NCBI RefSeq assembly: GCF_001194135.2
Contig: NC_068994.1
Location: forward strand, 23,704,372 to 23,768,176
Source: Octopus bimaculoides
Taxonomy: Eukaryota
Direction: 5' to 3'
Length of the DNA stretch: 63,805 bases
The notes beneath the pieces are model-generated. The model searched no databases, was not told the DNA's origin, and saw nothing but the letters and a program-made list of their open reading frames with translations. The position numbers and the translations under genes are program-made. Below are positions 62,549-63,805 of this stretch, piece after piece. Every line of letters begins with the position of its first letter. Within the stretch, counting starts at the first letter, position 1.

Positions 62549-63499
62549 AGTATTGACTAACATATCCTAGTATTTATCCAGGACTGCATTCTTCAATGTG
62601 ATATTCCTTTTATTTTAAGAAGGTAGGGTGTAATTTAATGAAAATATGACTGCTATATCCAACAAGCAGAGTGACTCCATACGGAGTCCCGTCCCTCATT
62701 TAAATATGGATAAAATGCAGATCAGAGCCAAATATATGTGATGATATTGGTCCATCATAATCTTGACCTTGATGTCTAAAACAAACTAAAGAACTAAGTA
62801 ACACATGACCTTTGGTAAGCAATATCGATACACATATGCAGTATTACTTTGATGTTCTTGTCATTAAGAAATAAACGGAAGAAGAAGAAAAAGTGCCATT
62901 AACGTGCTCCAGTTAATCTTTTAAGTTGGTGTGTGATCAACTGAACAATTAACCGATGTGTTTGGATTAAGAACTTTAGGTCTTCAAAAAACATCACATA
63001 TCAATACTCCTTTGCTAATAAATTCTTGTATATTACTTCCATAAGAAAGATTTATTCTGGGAGATTCCATAGACTTTAGATTTATAATAATCATCCATTC
63101 ATTTGTTAATCGTATGCACTTTGATGCAACAAGTTATAAGGTGTTGGAGAGAAATGAATGAATGTTTGTTGTTCATGTTTGGAAACCATCTGGAGTAAAG
63201 TTCTAGATTATGAATAAGAACATCAAGACAGCAGATCCCGGTAGCAACTTCTTGGTTACACTAGCGTACTGCATTGGTACGTCAATGTAACGTTTTAGAT
63301 ATTTTAAAAATATATAAGCATGATTAGATGCTATACGTTTGCATAACACGCTGTGCTTAACGTAAACATTGTTTAATTAATGGCAAGCTGCCAGAAGTAC
63401 AAACTTGCAAATCAGGCTATCTATAAATGGTCTAGCTTAATTTGCGACTACTTTTTTTTTTATCGGAGTTGATCTGTGCTATCAATTAAGGAACACCTA

Positions 63500-63500
<1 letters not shown>

Positions 63501-63548
<48 letters not shown>
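63501..63548 (+). repeat. (ATCT)12 microsatellite
   Basis: Direct reading. Confidence 0.95.
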
Positions 63549-63549
<1 letters not shown>

Positions 63550-63805
63550 AGGAACCTGGCATGGGTGGGGCGCTGATCAATTTGGATCAATCAAAAGCTT
63601 TCGATAGGGTAGACCATCACTACTTGGAAGCCGTCCTCATAGCGGCTGGTTTCGGTCCCGTCTTCCGCGGTTGGATCGCTGCCTTATACAGCGGCATCCG
63701 CTCGGTAGTTCGCGTAAACGGTCATCTATCCAGACCCTTCGGCATCATGCGTTCGGTTCGTCAAGGATGCCCCCTCTCGGCTCTTCTGTATGTATTGACT
63801 CTTGA
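63549..63805 (+). mobile_element. 5'-truncated Tx1/L1-clade LINE, RT core, continuing past the window end
   Basis: Open frame KEPGMGGALINLDQSKAFDRVDHHYLEAVL...VRVNGHLSRPFGIMRSVRQGCPLSALLYVLTL (typical LD..KAFDRV and RQGCPLS RT motifs); abuts (ATCT)12. Confidence 0.9.

Larger units (their letters stand above)
1..63805. other. Assembly gaps and dense simple repeats
   Basis: N runs at about 7987-8011, 10262-10987, 13399-14314, 15232-15393, 16487-16604, 17246-18227, 26942-27508, 32502-33119, 36072-36576, 39882-40871, 43341-43918, 49806-49813, 50388-50514 and 62163-62294; most are flanked by (AT)n, (GT)n or (CT)n. Confidence 0.95.

Overview
AT-rich eukaryotic genomic DNA from a draft assembly: 14 N-gaps totalling about 6.5 kb, most flanked by microsatellites. 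The repeat content is what I associate with an octopus (coleoid cephalopod) genome; this is an inference, not a database result. One clear gene lies on the minus strand. It has a giant ~5.06 kb exon (58116-53055, ~1,680 codons, disordered, Ser/Thr/Asn/Lys-rich) whose apparent stop codon sits inside a splice donor. Phase-compatible small exons lie upstream (60285-60126) and downstream (51701-51602). The rest is probably intron or intergenic sequence filled with three tRNA-derived SINE families, LINE remnants (RTE, CR1/L2-like, Tx1/L1), Penelope-like pieces and DNA transposon relics (Tc1/mariner, Tigger-like MITE, Merlin, hAT, a possible piggyBac end). Most unusual signals: (1) type-I hammerhead-ribozyme folds at 14936, 29645/29909 and 47331; the 29.6-30.0 kb pair is a ~265-nt tandem, retrozyme-like unit, and the 47331 fold has a non-canonical core; (2) two RTE insertions with 5' inversions of twin-priming geometry; (3) three long near-perfect inverted repeats plus inverted SINE clusters that could form dsRNA; (4) Tx1 elements joined to a SINE head and to an (ATCT)n tract; (5) a speculative plus-strand exon chain, two microexons of which join into an actin-like motif. 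No rRNA, true tRNA or CRISPR array was seen. All homology calls are from recognising motifs by eye and need confirming by search.
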